A stretch of DNA of 64,000 bases from Elusimicrobia bacterium GWA2_66_18 (lineage in GTDB: Bacteria > Elusimicrobiota > Elusimicrobia > UBA1565 > UBA9628), in NCBI GenBank assembly GCA_001799675.1, contig MGTX01000016.1, positions 9,876 to 73,875 of the forward strand, written 5' to 3'. The translations under genes were made by a program, and so were the position numbers. Shown here one piece after another: positions 40,455-50,260 of the stretch. The notes below the pieces were generated by a model. The model was not told the DNA's origin, did not search any database, and worked only from the letters and a program-made list of their open reading frames with translations. The first letter of the stretch is position 1, and every line of letters starts with the position of its first letter.

Positions 40455-42371
40455 TTAGTGACGACGTGGCGGGACGCGGGAGGCGCGTTCTTTCGCTTCC
40501 GAAATCTGCCGGCCGCTCATCCGGGAACCCAACGTCTCCATGGACCGGCGGGCCTTCTCATGCCCTTGCGCCGAAGCGAGGAGGTACCACTTGTAGGCTT
40601 CCACGTGGTCTTGAGGCACGCCGCCTCCGGACTCGCAGAGAAAACCCAACGCCGCCTGGGCGTCCATGCTGCCTTGCTCGGCGGCTTTTCTGTACCAGAA
40701 AAAGGCGCTGGCTTCGTCCTTCGCGACGCCCTGGCCTCCCGCGTACATGAACCCCAGATTGTTTTGAGCTCGGGCGTCCCCGCGACCTCCGGCCTTGTGG
40801 TACCATCGCGCCGCTTTGGCGTAATCGCGCGTCACGCCGTCGCCGTTGTAATAGATGTTCCCCGCGTTGAACTGGGCCTCGGTCTTCCCCGCCCGGGCGG
40901 CCCCCAGGAACCACTTCAGAGCCTTGCCATAATCCCTCCGGTCGTAATACATGACCCCCAGATTGTTCTGCGCGTCGATATCGCCTTGAGCGGCGGCCTT
41001 GTTGTACCAAACGATGGCCTTGGAGGAATCCTGCCTCACCCCCCGGCCGAAACTGTACATCTCTCCAAGTCGGTATTGAGCGAGGGGGTCGCCCTTCGTG
41101 GCGGCTGAAAAAAACGATTCGAGAACCTGTTCGTATCGACCGTTCTTGTAAGCGGCGTCGGCCTCCCCAAGAGTGGCGGCCCAAGAGGTCCCTGCTGCGC
41201 AGACGACCGCGATCAAAAGGATCGCAATCCTGCGGAATGCGCGGAGCCCCTTTGGGACGGGGATCATCGCCGCGAAGCCCTTCTCGCGGATCTCCCGCAC
41301 GCTCATCCCGCCGCAGCGCGCCTCCAGGGCGCAACCACGGCATTGCGACGCCTTCAGGAAGTAACGGGACTCGATGTAGAACCGGGCGAAGGAGAAGATG
41401 TCGGGCTTCTTGCCGAAACGGAAGGGCTCCGCCTTCCCCTCCGGGCGCAGGCAGAGAGGGCCGACCTTGGCCGGCAGGCGGCCGTCCTTGACGCACAGAG
41501 CGAGGTCGCTGCAGAAATCCCGGAGGAAACAATGCCGGCAGGCGTCTCCGGAGCAGCTGGGATATCTCCCCGCATTGAGGTAGCGCGCGAAGATGCGCCG
41601 GCGGCCGCGGACCTCATCGAGGATCTTCGCCGGCGGCTGGATGAGGGATTCAAAATCCTCCAGATGCTCGGGCCTCAGGCGGTTGGTCCAGATGTGCAGA
41701 TCGGGACGGCGGCTGAGCTCGAGCGCGCGATGGAGGCGCGCCAGGTTCTCCGGCCGGGAGAAGTCGCAATGGAGCTCCGAACGGTTCTTCCAGGCATCGC
41801 CGAAGGGGACCAGGGCCAGCAAGTCGAACTCCCCGACTCCCAGGCCGATGCAGAAGTCGAGATGCTCGCGCAGGACAGGCAGGTTCAGCTTGTTGATGAC
41901 GACATCCACGCTCACGATAAGCCCCGGAGTGGCTACCGCAGCCCGCAGGCCCGAGAGCGCCTGGACGAAAGATCCGGGGACCTGAGTCAACCGGTCATGC
42001 AGGGCGGGCGTGTTGCCGTGCAAGGAGAAGGTGACCTCCTTTAAGCCCGCCGCGACGGCCCTCTTGAGGAAATCGGGATAGCAGAACCTGCGGCCGTTGG
42101 TAATCGTCTGGATATGAGTGTAGCCCAGTTCGCGCGCCAGCTCCACGATCTCGATAAACTCGGGGTGGATGGTGGCTTCGCCGCCGCTGAGCACCACGCG
42201 GCGCAGCCCCTGTTTGAGGCCGGTGAGCAGGGATCTCCTCAGGGACGCGAGCGGGACGACGCCTCCGGTCTGCGCGAAACGGTCCAGGCAGAAGATGCAG
42301 CGCTGGTTGCAGTACCGGGTGAGCCGGACCCAGTGCCGTTTTTCGTAAGCGCCTTCTCCGTTGTCGCTCAT
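40455..42371 (-). CDS. Radical SAM enzyme fused via signal/TM segment to Sel1 repeats
   Basis: CNQRCIFC, SGGEAT, TNGR, CSGDACRHC....C, CRGCALEARC; hydrophobic segment; AQYRLG/AQNNLG/AQFNAG Sel1 repeats. Confidence 0.82.
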   Translation of the reverse strand: MSDNGEGAYEKRHWVRLTRYCNQRCIFCLDRFAQTGGVVPLASLRRSLLTGLKQGLRRVVLSGGEATIHPEFIEIVELARELGYTHIQTITNGRRFCYPDFLKRAVAAGLKEVTFSLHGNTPALHDRLTQVPGSFVQALSGLRAAVATPGLIVSVDVVINKLNLPVLREHLDFCIGLGVGEFDLLALVPFGDAWKNRSELHCDFSRPENLARLHRALELSRRPDLHIWTNRLRPEHLEDFESLIQPPAKILDEVRGRRRIFARYLNAGRYPSCSGDACRHCFLRDFCSDLALCVKDGRLPAKVGPLCLRPEGKAEPFRFGKKPDIFSFARFYIESRYFLKASQCRGCALEARCGGMSVREIREKGFAAMIPVPKGLRAFRRIAILLIAVVCAAGTSWAATLGEADAAYKNGRYEQVLESFFSAATKGDPLAQYRLGEMYSFGRGVRQDSSKAIVWYNKAAAQGDIDAQNNLGVMYYDRRDYGKALKWFLGAARAGKTEAQFNAGNIYYNGDGVTRDYAKAARWYHKAGGRGDARAQNNLGFMYAGGQGVAKDEASAFFWYRKAAEQGSMDAQAALGFLCESGGGVPQDHVEAYKWYLLASAQGHEKARRSMETLGSRMSGRQISEAKERASRVPPRRH

Positions 42372-43711
42372 GCGCCTTCCGCCTGCGCCGCTTGCTCGGC
42401 CACGGAAGGCGGCTGTTCCTGGTTCATGCCCCGCGAGACCTCGTTGGCCACGCGCGACAGGAAGCCCAAGGCGCCCTGAAATCCCAGGAACGGCTCGTCG
42501 CGCAGGAAGTGAGTGTCTTCCGAGGGATATCCGAACTCCAGCCACTTCGGACCGCGGTGGACCTGGGAGAAGGCAAACGCGCTGCCGACGATAAGATCCG
42601 CCCCTCCCTCCCGGCGCGCGAGTTCGCCCCATCGCTCGCGGATCTCGCTGGGAAGCGGTTCGAAGATCGTGCCCGGGCGGCGCTCCAGGGACTGTCTCTG
42701 GGCCTCAGGAAGATGATAGGCCCCTCCGATCACGATCGTGCCCGCGATCCTCCCTCCCAGGTCCTCGATCTGTTCGGCGAAGCAGAGCGCGTAATGAGGG
42801 TCGCCGGAAAAGGCGAAAGTCCGGTTCAAGAAGACGTGGGGCACGCTCCACGCCAGGCGAGGCGCCACTTCGTCGAGCTCGGCGGCGATGAAGGCCTGCG
42901 CCTGATCCTCGCGGCCGAACTCCCGGCCGAGGAGATCGACGAAGCGCCGGGTCGCCTCCAGGCCGAACGGCAGACCCGCCTCGATGAGTCGCGCGCCCAG
43001 GCGTTTCGACAGGATCTTCGCGGCCTTGCGGCCGTAGGGCATCGAGACGACGGCTGCGGCCCGGCGCACGTCGCGCAGACGTTCGTAGGGCCGGCCGGAC
43101 AGCCAAATCGAGACGGGCTCCAGGCCCAACGCCCGGACGATCCGCTCGAGTTCCTTGAGGTTGCCCAGATGGTCGCCTTCATTGCGGTCCATCAAATAGC
43201 CCACGAGGGCGACGTTCCGGGACTTCGGCTTGGCGCCCGAAAGGTCCATGCCGGCCGCCATCGCCTCCATGATCGAAGCGTAGCCGTCCAGCCAATCGCC
43301 CGACACGGCGGAACGCCGCGGCATGGTGAAGGAGGGCTTGTCGGACCCGGCCAGGGCCTCGCGTAGGATGCGGTCGTAATCCGTGCCGACGATGGAGCAC
43401 ATCGGCATCGAGCCCATGAAGACCACGCCGCAGTCGGGAAAGGCCGCCATGCGCCGCAAGGAGGCGGCGATGTCGCCTTCGCAGTCCCCGGCGATGTTGA
43501 AGACGTTGACCCCCGTGTGCTGAATCCGGTGGCGGCTGTCGCAGGACAAGAGCGTCGAGAAGAGATCGTGACGGCCGTGGATGTGCGCGGCCTTGTCGAA
43601 AATGCAGCTGGGACCGTCGCCCAAAAAGAATGCGTCCGGAACGGCGTTCAAGGCGAGATACGCTCCCTGGAGATAGGGGATGTTGATGCGGACTCCGATC
43701 CTATGCGATAT
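42368..43711 (-). CDS. Nitrogenase component-1-like subunit, beta-like type A (probable ATA start)
   Basis: PYLQGAYLALNAV, DGPSC, HIHGRHD, PMCSIVGTD, DWLDGY, FGYPS..PFLGFQG; similarity to paralogs extends upstream of TTG 43651. Confidence 0.8.
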   Translation of the reverse strand: MSHRIGVRINIPYLQGAYLALNAVPDAFFLGDGPSCIFDKAAHIHGRHDLFSTLLSCDSRHRIQHTGVNVFNIAGDCEGDIAASLRRMAAFPDCGVVFMGSMPMCSIVGTDYDRILREALAGSDKPSFTMPRRSAVSGDWLDGYASIMEAMAAGMDLSGAKPKSRNVALVGYLMDRNEGDHLGNLKELERIVRALGLEPVSIWLSGRPYERLRDVRRAAAVVSMPYGRKAAKILSKRLGARLIEAGLPFGLEATRRFVDLLGREFGREDQAQAFIAAELDEVAPRLAWSVPHVFLNRTFAFSGDPHYALCFAEQIEDLGGRIAGTIVIGGAYHLPEAQRQSLERRPGTIFEPLPSEIRERWGELARREGGADLIVGSAFAFSQVHRGPKWLEFGYPSEDTHFLRDEPFLGFQGALGFLSRVANEVSRGMNQEQPPSVAEQAAQAEGA

Positions 43712-45470
43712 AGCTGACTCCGCGCGGCCCGGCCAGATGGGAGGCGTAGCGACGGAAGAACGGCAGACGGCAGATGGAGAGGAGTTTCTGGAAAGTCCGC
43801 ATCGCGCCGCCTAGGCCCATCTCGAAATCCTTGCTGGCGAAGCGCGCCTTGCCGGCCCTCATGACGCGCCAGTCGAAGACGACGTCCGAGTAGACGGCGC
43901 GAAAGCCCCCCTCGCGCAGGGCCCGCTCCAGCTCCCAAGGAGTTCTGAAGATCGTCACGCGCGCGTCCTCGAGTCCGGCCGGGAGCTTGGGTCCGGCGCC
44001 GTGGAGGTCGTAGAAAAGGATGTCGACGGCGAACCCCATCTCCCGCGCCATCTTCGCCAGAGGCGCGCCGTGCCCGTAACGCAAGGTCATCAGGCGCGGC
44101 AAGGTCGCCTCCGAGGCGACGAAGGCGAGGCTGTAGCCCGACGCCTCCTTTTTCATCGCTTCCCAGGCGGGCAGAAAATTCACGGTCGCCTCGGCCCAGG
44201 CCGCGGCGAACTCAGGCTCCCTGCCGGCGGCGACGGCGATGCCCCTCAGGCACTCGCGCGTCCCCTCGACGCCGTAGGGAGCGCGCACGGAGATGACCGG
44301 GCGGGAGGTCTGAGCCAGGATCTCATGGACCTTGGTCGGGTAAGAACTCCGCTCGCAGAAGATCTGCCAGACCGCCTTGGGCAGGTCGTCGAGGACGGAG
44401 AGGCTGACGTCGGGCAGAACGCAGATGTTGGTCTTGAGGCCGAGCTTCTTCAAGAAGGGGAGAAGCTCGGAGTCGCGATAGCTGGGCGGGAAATGGAAGA
44501 GGTTGACGGCCAGGGCGTCGGCCGGCGCGTCGAAGAAGCCGGGACGTCCCAACAAGGCGCGGAAATGCTCCCCGAAGTTGTCGTTCTCGTCGCGGTCCTT
44601 CTGGCTCCAGCGCACCGAGGTTCCTCCGACCTCAGCCTCGCAGCGCCGCGCCAATCCCTGGAAGTCCTCTCCCATGATGATGGGCGTGCACAGATGGGTG
44701 AAGAGGAGGTAGTTCCCGGTCTTGGCTCGCTTGCGGACCTCGGCCACCAGGGCGTCGGCCCTCTCGCCGGTGCCCATGATCATGTCGCGTTCGGCGAGTT
44801 CGGTCACGATGGAGGAATCACGGCCGTCGCCGCTCGACCCGCTCTCGCTCTCCTGGGGCCAATCCAGGAAGGTCCACTTTTTGAAGCTGCGATGAGGCCG
44901 AGCATAATAGCACTCGAGATCGGCATACTCGATGTTCACCGTATGCGGGTCGGAACACGAGGGCACTCCCAACAGAACCTCGAAGTCCTGGTCCGCGTAG
45001 AAGTTGCGCCAGCCAGCCTCCAGAAGTCCGATGGGCTGGCCGATGCAGGGGACCTTGACGCGGTCGCCGTCCTGGCCGGGCACGACGTCTTCGACGAAGG
45101 ACCGGGGATCCTCCTCGAGCATGCGGGCGACGCTCTCGAAACGGCGGGATCCGAGCCGCGCGGCCGCGACTTCGAGGAACTTCATGACGGCCGTTCCGGC
45201 GTCGCCTTCCGCTCTCAACGAAAGACCGGGTGCCGAAAGCTGCGCCCCGGGCGCGTTGCGGGGCAGGAGATGGAAGACCAGGCGATGATCGCCGTGGCGC
45301 AGACGCAGGCAGATGTTCTCCTTGCCCAGCCCGCAAAGCCCTTCCAGCCGCCATCCCTTCCGCGGGGCCTTGAGGCCCAGCAGGGCCCCCATCGACGCCA
45401 GCGCCCGCGGACCCGCCGAGATGTGCCGAACCGTCGGCGGGACCTTCGCTTCTCGTCCAGGGATCTTCAC
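43701..45470 (-). CDS. Nitrogenase component-1-like subunit, alpha-like type B, with N-terminal accessory domain
   Basis: GTG overlapping upstream TGA; WRNFY, YADLEC, HLCTPIIMGED, PYG, FEMG..GA.RT...C..PF.RRY. Confidence 0.75.
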   Translation of the reverse strand: MKIPGREAKVPPTVRHISAGPRALASMGALLGLKAPRKGWRLEGLCGLGKENICLRLRHGDHRLVFHLLPRNAPGAQLSAPGLSLRAEGDAGTAVMKFLEVAAARLGSRRFESVARMLEEDPRSFVEDVVPGQDGDRVKVPCIGQPIGLLEAGWRNFYADQDFEVLLGVPSCSDPHTVNIEYADLECYYARPHRSFKKWTFLDWPQESESGSSGDGRDSSIVTELAERDMIMGTGERADALVAEVRKRAKTGNYLLFTHLCTPIIMGEDFQGLARRCEAEVGGTSVRWSQKDRDENDNFGEHFRALLGRPGFFDAPADALAVNLFHFPPSYRDSELLPFLKKLGLKTNICVLPDVSLSVLDDLPKAVWQIFCERSSYPTKVHEILAQTSRPVISVRAPYGVEGTRECLRGIAVAAGREPEFAAAWAEATVNFLPAWEAMKKEASGYSLAFVASEATLPRLMTLRYGHGAPLAKMAREMGFAVDILFYDLHGAGPKLPAGLEDARVTIFRTPWELERALREGGFRAVYSDVVFDWRVMRAGKARFASKDFEMGLGGAMRTFQKLLSICRLPFFRRYASHLAGPRGVSYIA

Positions 45471-46297
45471 CACGGCTGGTAGAACCGGCGGTCGTCCATC
45501 GGCGTCGGAACGGGGCAATCCTGCTTGCGAATGGCGAGGATCTTCGCGGCGAGCGCTTTGATGCTCTTGGCGAACGGCGACTTGGGAGCGCGCTCTACGA
45601 CGGTGTTCTTGCGGGCGAACTCCGCCTCGCGCACGGCCGGGTCGCGCGGCACGAACTCCAGGATGCGCGTGCCGAGGATCTTGGCGAAACGCTCGATGCG
45701 CCCGCGTTCCACCTTGCCGTCCTTGAGGTTGGCCACCAGGCCCGCGAGATAAACCCCGTTCGAAGCGTAGGTCTTGACCGACTTGGCGATGTTGTTGGCG
45801 GCGTAGAGCGCCATCAGCTCCTCTGAGACCACGATCACGATCTTCTCCGCGAAGCCCTTGCGCAGAGGCGCGGCGAAGCCTCCGCACACCACGTCTCCGA
45901 GGACGTCGAAGACCCGGGCGTCATAGCCCCCCTCCTTCAGGACTCCCAGGTCCTGGAGCGCTTCGAGCATCAGGGAGATCCCGCGCCCCGCGCAGCCCAC
46001 CCCCGGCTCCGGCCCGCCGGCCTCGACGCAGTCGATGCCGAGGCGGCCCTTGACCATGAGGTCGGAAGTCTTGAGTTCTCCATGATCGCGCACGCCGAAG
46101 ATGCGGGCGTACTTCTCCATGAAGGTCTCTATGAGCTCGCCATCAACGAGTCCCAGCGTGGAATCATGCTTGGGGTCGCAGCCGACATGGAGCACCTTGA
46201 GGCCCTGGAGGGCGTAGATCGAGCTCAGGTTCGAGGAGATGGTCGACTTGCCGATTCCGCCCTTGCCGAAGACGACGATGTTGTTCTGCATGCTCAC
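45467..46297 (-). CDS. NifH/BchL-like Fe protein (stand-alone)
   Basis: GKGGIGKST, GCDPKHDST, EPGVGCAGRG, DVLGDVVCGGF, YAANNI. Confidence 0.9.
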   Translation of the reverse strand: MSMQNNIVVFGKGGIGKSTISSNLSSIYALQGLKVLHVGCDPKHDSTLGLVDGELIETFMEKYARIFGVRDHGELKTSDLMVKGRLGIDCVEAGGPEPGVGCAGRGISLMLEALQDLGVLKEGGYDARVFDVLGDVVCGGFAAPLRKGFAEKIVIVVSEELMALYAANNIAKSVKTYASNGVYLAGLVANLKDGKVERGRIERFAKILGTRILEFVPRDPAVREAEFARKNTVVERAPKSPFAKSIKALAAKILAIRKQDCPVPTPMDDRRFYQPW

Positions 46298-47166
46298 GCG
46301 CGATTCCTTTTCTTGCCGGCGCAGACCGGGCCCGGCCGAGAGACCCGGTTCTCGCGCACGAACGACTGGAACTCCTCGCTCGACATCGGGCGAACCTTCG
46401 CACCGGGGACCGCGCCGCGACGCGCGGCGATGGACGCCGCCAGCGCGGCGAAACGCCCCGCGGCCCGCTTGCCCGGCTTATGATCGAAGACCGTCACGCC
46501 GTCTTCTTCCGCGTCGAGGATGGCCGGATCGCGCAGCATGACGGCCGCGATGGGCACGCCCAGGCGCGCGGCGAAGGCCTCGAGGACCTCCCGCCTCGCG
46601 TCGTTCTGACGCAGGTTGAAGATGATGCCCCCCACCGAGACGCCCTGGAGGTACGGCTCGGCCGCCACGCGCACGATGTTGTTGGCCGCGAACAGGGACG
46701 CCGTCTCTTCAGAGGAGACGATGTAGACGTCGCGGCCGAAGCCGAAGCGCAGAGGCGCGACGAACCCGCCGCAGACGAGATCTCCTAGGACGTCGAAGAT
46801 GAGGGTGTCGTAGCCGCTGAGCTCGCGCGCGTGCTCCTCGAGGTACTGGCACAGCGTGGCCACGCTGCGCCCTCCGCAGCCCTGACCCGGCTGAGGACCT
46901 CCGGTCTCGAGGATGTCAAGTCCGGGACGGCTGCGCACCGCCAGTTCCTGGAAGCGATATCCTTTGAGTCCGGTCACCATATCCACGATGGTCGGCGGGC
47001 GCTTGCCGCCGAGCAGGCGCAGGGAGGTGTCGGCCTTGGGATCGCAGCCCAGCAGGAGGACTTTGCGCCCCTCTCGGGCGAAACACATCGCCAAGTGGGC
47101 GCACATGGTGGACTTGCCTACCCCGCCCTTGCCGTAGACGACGAGCGTCATTGGACCAGTCCTCAT
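46294..47166 (-). CDS. NifH/BchL-like Fe protein (stand-alone, divergent)
   Basis: YGKGGVGKST, GCDPKADTS, QPGQGCGGRS, DVLGDLVCGGF, FAANNI. Confidence 0.9.
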   Translation of the reverse strand: MRTGPMTLVVYGKGGVGKSTMCAHLAMCFAREGRKVLLLGCDPKADTSLRLLGGKRPPTIVDMVTGLKGYRFQELAVRSRPGLDILETGGPQPGQGCGGRSVATLCQYLEEHARELSGYDTLIFDVLGDLVCGGFVAPLRFGFGRDVYIVSSEETASLFAANNIVRVAAEPYLQGVSVGGIIFNLRQNDARREVLEAFAARLGVPIAAVMLRDPAILDAEEDGVTVFDHKPGKRAAGRFAALAASIAARRGAVPGAKVRPMSSEEFQSFVRENRVSRPGPVCAGKKRNRA

Positions 47167-47170
47167 GGCC

Positions 47171-48394
47171 TCACCGTCCTGCGCCCGCCGCTTCGCCGTG
47201 GAGCACCGCGGCGCAAAGCCGGTCCACGAGATGACGCAAGCCCGCGTACCCCAGGAACGGCCGCTCGTAGACCGGATGCTCCAGATAGTTTGGATAGCCC
47301 ATCGGCACGTGGAGCAAGTCGCTCTGGAAAAAACGGGCCGTGGGCGCCAGGCACAGCACGCGCTCGGATCCGGACGCCGACTGCGCGCCGCTCGCAGAGA
47401 GATCGCGCAGTCCCAGATCGACGCTGAGTTCGCGCAGGCGAGCCTCCATTTGCGAGTCCTCCTGAAGGATCAGGACGCCGCGGCCTGCAAGGAGGCGCAA
47501 GACGTGGGCCTCGGTATCGCGCACAGCGGCGGCGCTCTCCGCCTTGATGAAGGCCTTCGCGCGCGCCCGCCGCCCGACGCGGGCGGCGATCTTGAGCAGG
47601 AAGTCCTCGGTAGCCGACAGGCCCAAAGGAAGGTCGACCTCGCAGAGGGATACTCCCAGCCTGCGCGCCACGATGCGGGCCGCCTCGCGCGCGTAAGGCA
47701 TCGAGACCACCAGACCGGCGCGCTCCGCCGCCTCCAGTTCCGCGCGGCCGCCGCCGGAAAGCCAGACGGAAGTCACGCGCAGGCCGATAGCGCCCAGCAG
47801 GCGCTTGAGCTCCCGCAGGTTGCCGGCCGCGTCGGGTTCATCGCGGTCCTGAAGGTGCCCCACGATTGCCACCGCGTCCTGCCTGCCTCGTCCGGGACGC
47901 AGAGTCACCGCCTCGGCCAGGGCCGCGCAGGTCAGCGCGTAGCCGTCGAGCCAGGTTCCGCCCAGCGAGCGCGACGGGACATGACAGACCAGCGCGGAGG
48001 TCGCCCCGGCATGGCGCCGCGAGATCTCCTTCAGCGGGAAGCCCACCAGTTCGTGGAAGTCGAAGGCGGTCGAGAGCACGATGCCCGCGTCGGGCTGGGC
48101 GCAGACGTCGGCGAAGATCCTCTCGACGAGGCCGGACCGGTCCGCGGAAAGGCTCTGGACCTCCTCGCGCTGGATCTGGCCGGTATGCACGACGCGCCGG
48201 TATCCGATTGGAGGCAGAAGGCGGCAGCGGAGGTTGTGGCAATACTGCATCTCCGCCTTGGTGAAGACGCAGTAGGGACCGTCCACGATGAGATAGGAGT
48301 CGGAGATCGCGTCGACGGCGACATAGACGCCGTTGAGGAAAGGCAGCCGCAGGATGTCGTCCTTGGGTGCGACGGGAGCGATCATGCCTGCCAT
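47171..48394 (-). CDS. Nitrogenase component-1-like subunit, beta-like type A
   Basis: PFLNGVYVAVDAI, DGPYC, WLDGY, LPLGL, MGYPNYLEH....PFLGYAG. Confidence 0.78.
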   Translation of the reverse strand: MAGMIAPVAPKDDILRLPFLNGVYVAVDAISDSYLIVDGPYCVFTKAEMQYCHNLRCRLLPPIGYRRVVHTGQIQREEVQSLSADRSGLVERIFADVCAQPDAGIVLSTAFDFHELVGFPLKEISRRHAGATSALVCHVPSRSLGGTWLDGYALTCAALAEAVTLRPGRGRQDAVAIVGHLQDRDEPDAAGNLRELKRLLGAIGLRVTSVWLSGGGRAELEAAERAGLVVSMPYAREAARIVARRLGVSLCEVDLPLGLSATEDFLLKIAARVGRRARAKAFIKAESAAAVRDTEAHVLRLLAGRGVLILQEDSQMEARLRELSVDLGLRDLSASGAQSASGSERVLCLAPTARFFQSDLLHVPMGYPNYLEHPVYERPFLGYAGLRHLVDRLCAAVLHGEAAGAGR

Positions 48395-50112
48395 GGCTTC
48401 AGATACGCACGATGACGCGGGAAAGGACGCGCCTCGCACTTCGTCAGAAGACGTCTGCCGGTCCGGAGCAGGCCATCAAGACCGGGCTCGAAAACCTGCT
48501 CGGTGAAGCCCGGAAGAGCATGAGCCTCCAGGCGCGGATCATGATTGAAGTGGGAGAAAACCAGATCGATGCCCCGGCCCAGAGCGCGGTCGAGTTCGTC
48601 GCGCGAGGAGAAGGAGTCGAACTCGATGGTCCCCTGCCCGCTGGCCGTTTTGGGACGGCGCAACGACCGTGCGCGCCCCCCATCCTCGGCGCTCCAGACC
48701 AGGCAGCGGACGTTGAACCCCAGGTCGCAGAGCAGTCCCGCCACGGAGAACCCGAAAATACTCCCCACGGAGGCGAAGAGCCCGATGTCGATCCGGTCGC
48801 CGATGAGAGCGACGGTGCGGCGGCGACATTCGCGCCCCAAGGCGGCGAAAGCGTCCGCGCGCTCCTCCTGGGCGCTCTCGAACACGCGCGCGTCCCCCTC
48901 CAGGCCGAGGACGGAACTCACGCGCTCGAGCCAGCCCCGGGTCCCGCAATGACCGTAGGGCGGGTGGTAGCGCACCACGCGCAGGCCGCGGCGCAGAAAG
49001 ACCCCGTCTTCGATCTTCTCCCAACCGACCGGGTTGAGCCAGACGACGGCGCCGGCCGCGCCCATCGCGGGAGCCTTGTCGAAGTCGAGATTGGGGAAGA
49101 GCGTGCCGACCACGCGCAGGCCAAGCGCCTCGCAGAGCGCTCCCGCCTCGCGGCCCGCCGCCGCCGTGGGCACGCCCGCCAGCAGAACCGCCCGCGGATC
49201 GACCTTGGCGGAGGACCGTGTGCCGGCGATCATCTTCTCAATCATGTCCTCGTAGGCCGGACCGGGAGCGTGGGTCTTTGAGGTCCATAACACCGGCACG
49301 CCCAGTTCACCCTCGATGCGGTCGATAAACGGCTTCGGATTGTCGCCGATGAGTTCCGGCAGGCAGGTGGTTTTCAGATGGATGAAGGCCGGCTTCTCGT
49401 CGCGCGCCACCCGCTCGAGGGTCCGCCCCAGGATCTCCTGGGTGCGCCCGCCCACGACGTCCGCCTCGGTGATGGAGGTGTCCACGTAACCGTAGTCCCC
49501 GTCGGATCGCACGCGATTGTCGTCGGCGAACAGCCTCAGGAGGCCGATGGCGAGGAGCGGATTATTGAGGCGGCACTCGAGCGTGGCATGACTGACCTGG
49601 AAATAGCGGGCGCCGAAACTGACTTCCTGTTCCAGGAACCGCGCCTGGGGATAGACGAACTTCCAGAAATCCGGAGAGTGGTCGACTCGGCGGTAGTAGG
49701 TCTCGAAGCGCGACGCAACGCAGCTGCCCTGAGGATCGCTGTAGAGCAGACTGTCGCGTTTGAGCCGGGCGAGGAGGTCGGCGAATCGCGTCGCGGACGC
49801 TCCCTCGGCCATCGTCCGAACCAAGAGGAGCTCCTCTTGCGAGAGTTCTTCGCTCGGCGCCCGGGACGAGAACAGAAGCCCTCCCGTCCGATCCAGCTTG
49901 ATGCTCCACTCCAGACGCCGCGGCCCCTTGACCAGGGAGAACTCGACTTCCAGGCCCTTCAGCGCGGCCTTCTCCAGTTCCCAATCGAAGGGAGGCCCTC
50001 CGATGAGGCCCGAAAAATATTCCAGACCATCCTTGCCGAGACGGTGACGCGGCGAACGAGGTTCGTCGTCGCGCTTGCGCCGTCCTTCTGCGACCGCGGA
50101 ACCCTGCATCAT
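48382..50112 (-). CDS. Nitrogenase component-1-like subunit, alpha-like type B, with N-terminal accessory domain
   Basis: FWKF, HATLEC, DVVGG, TTCLPELIGD, PYG, FEPG..G..RT...C...PF. Confidence 0.75.
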   Translation of the reverse strand: MMQGSAVAEGRRKRDDEPRSPRHRLGKDGLEYFSGLIGGPPFDWELEKAALKGLEVEFSLVKGPRRLEWSIKLDRTGGLLFSSRAPSEELSQEELLLVRTMAEGASATRFADLLARLKRDSLLYSDPQGSCVASRFETYYRRVDHSPDFWKFVYPQARFLEQEVSFGARYFQVSHATLECRLNNPLLAIGLLRLFADDNRVRSDGDYGYVDTSITEADVVGGRTQEILGRTLERVARDEKPAFIHLKTTCLPELIGDNPKPFIDRIEGELGVPVLWTSKTHAPGPAYEDMIEKMIAGTRSSAKVDPRAVLLAGVPTAAAGREAGALCEALGLRVVGTLFPNLDFDKAPAMGAAGAVVWLNPVGWEKIEDGVFLRRGLRVVRYHPPYGHCGTRGWLERVSSVLGLEGDARVFESAQEERADAFAALGRECRRRTVALIGDRIDIGLFASVGSIFGFSVAGLLCDLGFNVRCLVWSAEDGGRARSLRRPKTASGQGTIEFDSFSSRDELDRALGRGIDLVFSHFNHDPRLEAHALPGFTEQVFEPGLDGLLRTGRRLLTKCEARPFPRHRAYLKPWQA

Positions 50113-50260
50113 CCCAATAACGCCGGACGCCTATCCGAAACGTCCGCTCGCGAGGTCCCGTAATGGACTCGGAAAACCATAATTGTCGAATGATAGCATT
50201 ATAAAGACTGCGGGATGCCGGCTCAGAGAGCACGGAGTGCGCATCGACCGCCTGGCCCGC

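Noticed and set aside
36865..50112. Calling these genes nifHDK/nifEN (nitrogen fixation)
   Set aside because: P-cluster and FeMo-co ligand motifs are not recognisable and no nifB or other nif accessory genes are present
36865..50112. Calling these bchLNB/bchXYZ or cfbCD
   Set aside because: No photosynthesis or F430 context; Cys pattern, fusions and copy number differ; phylogeny would be needed
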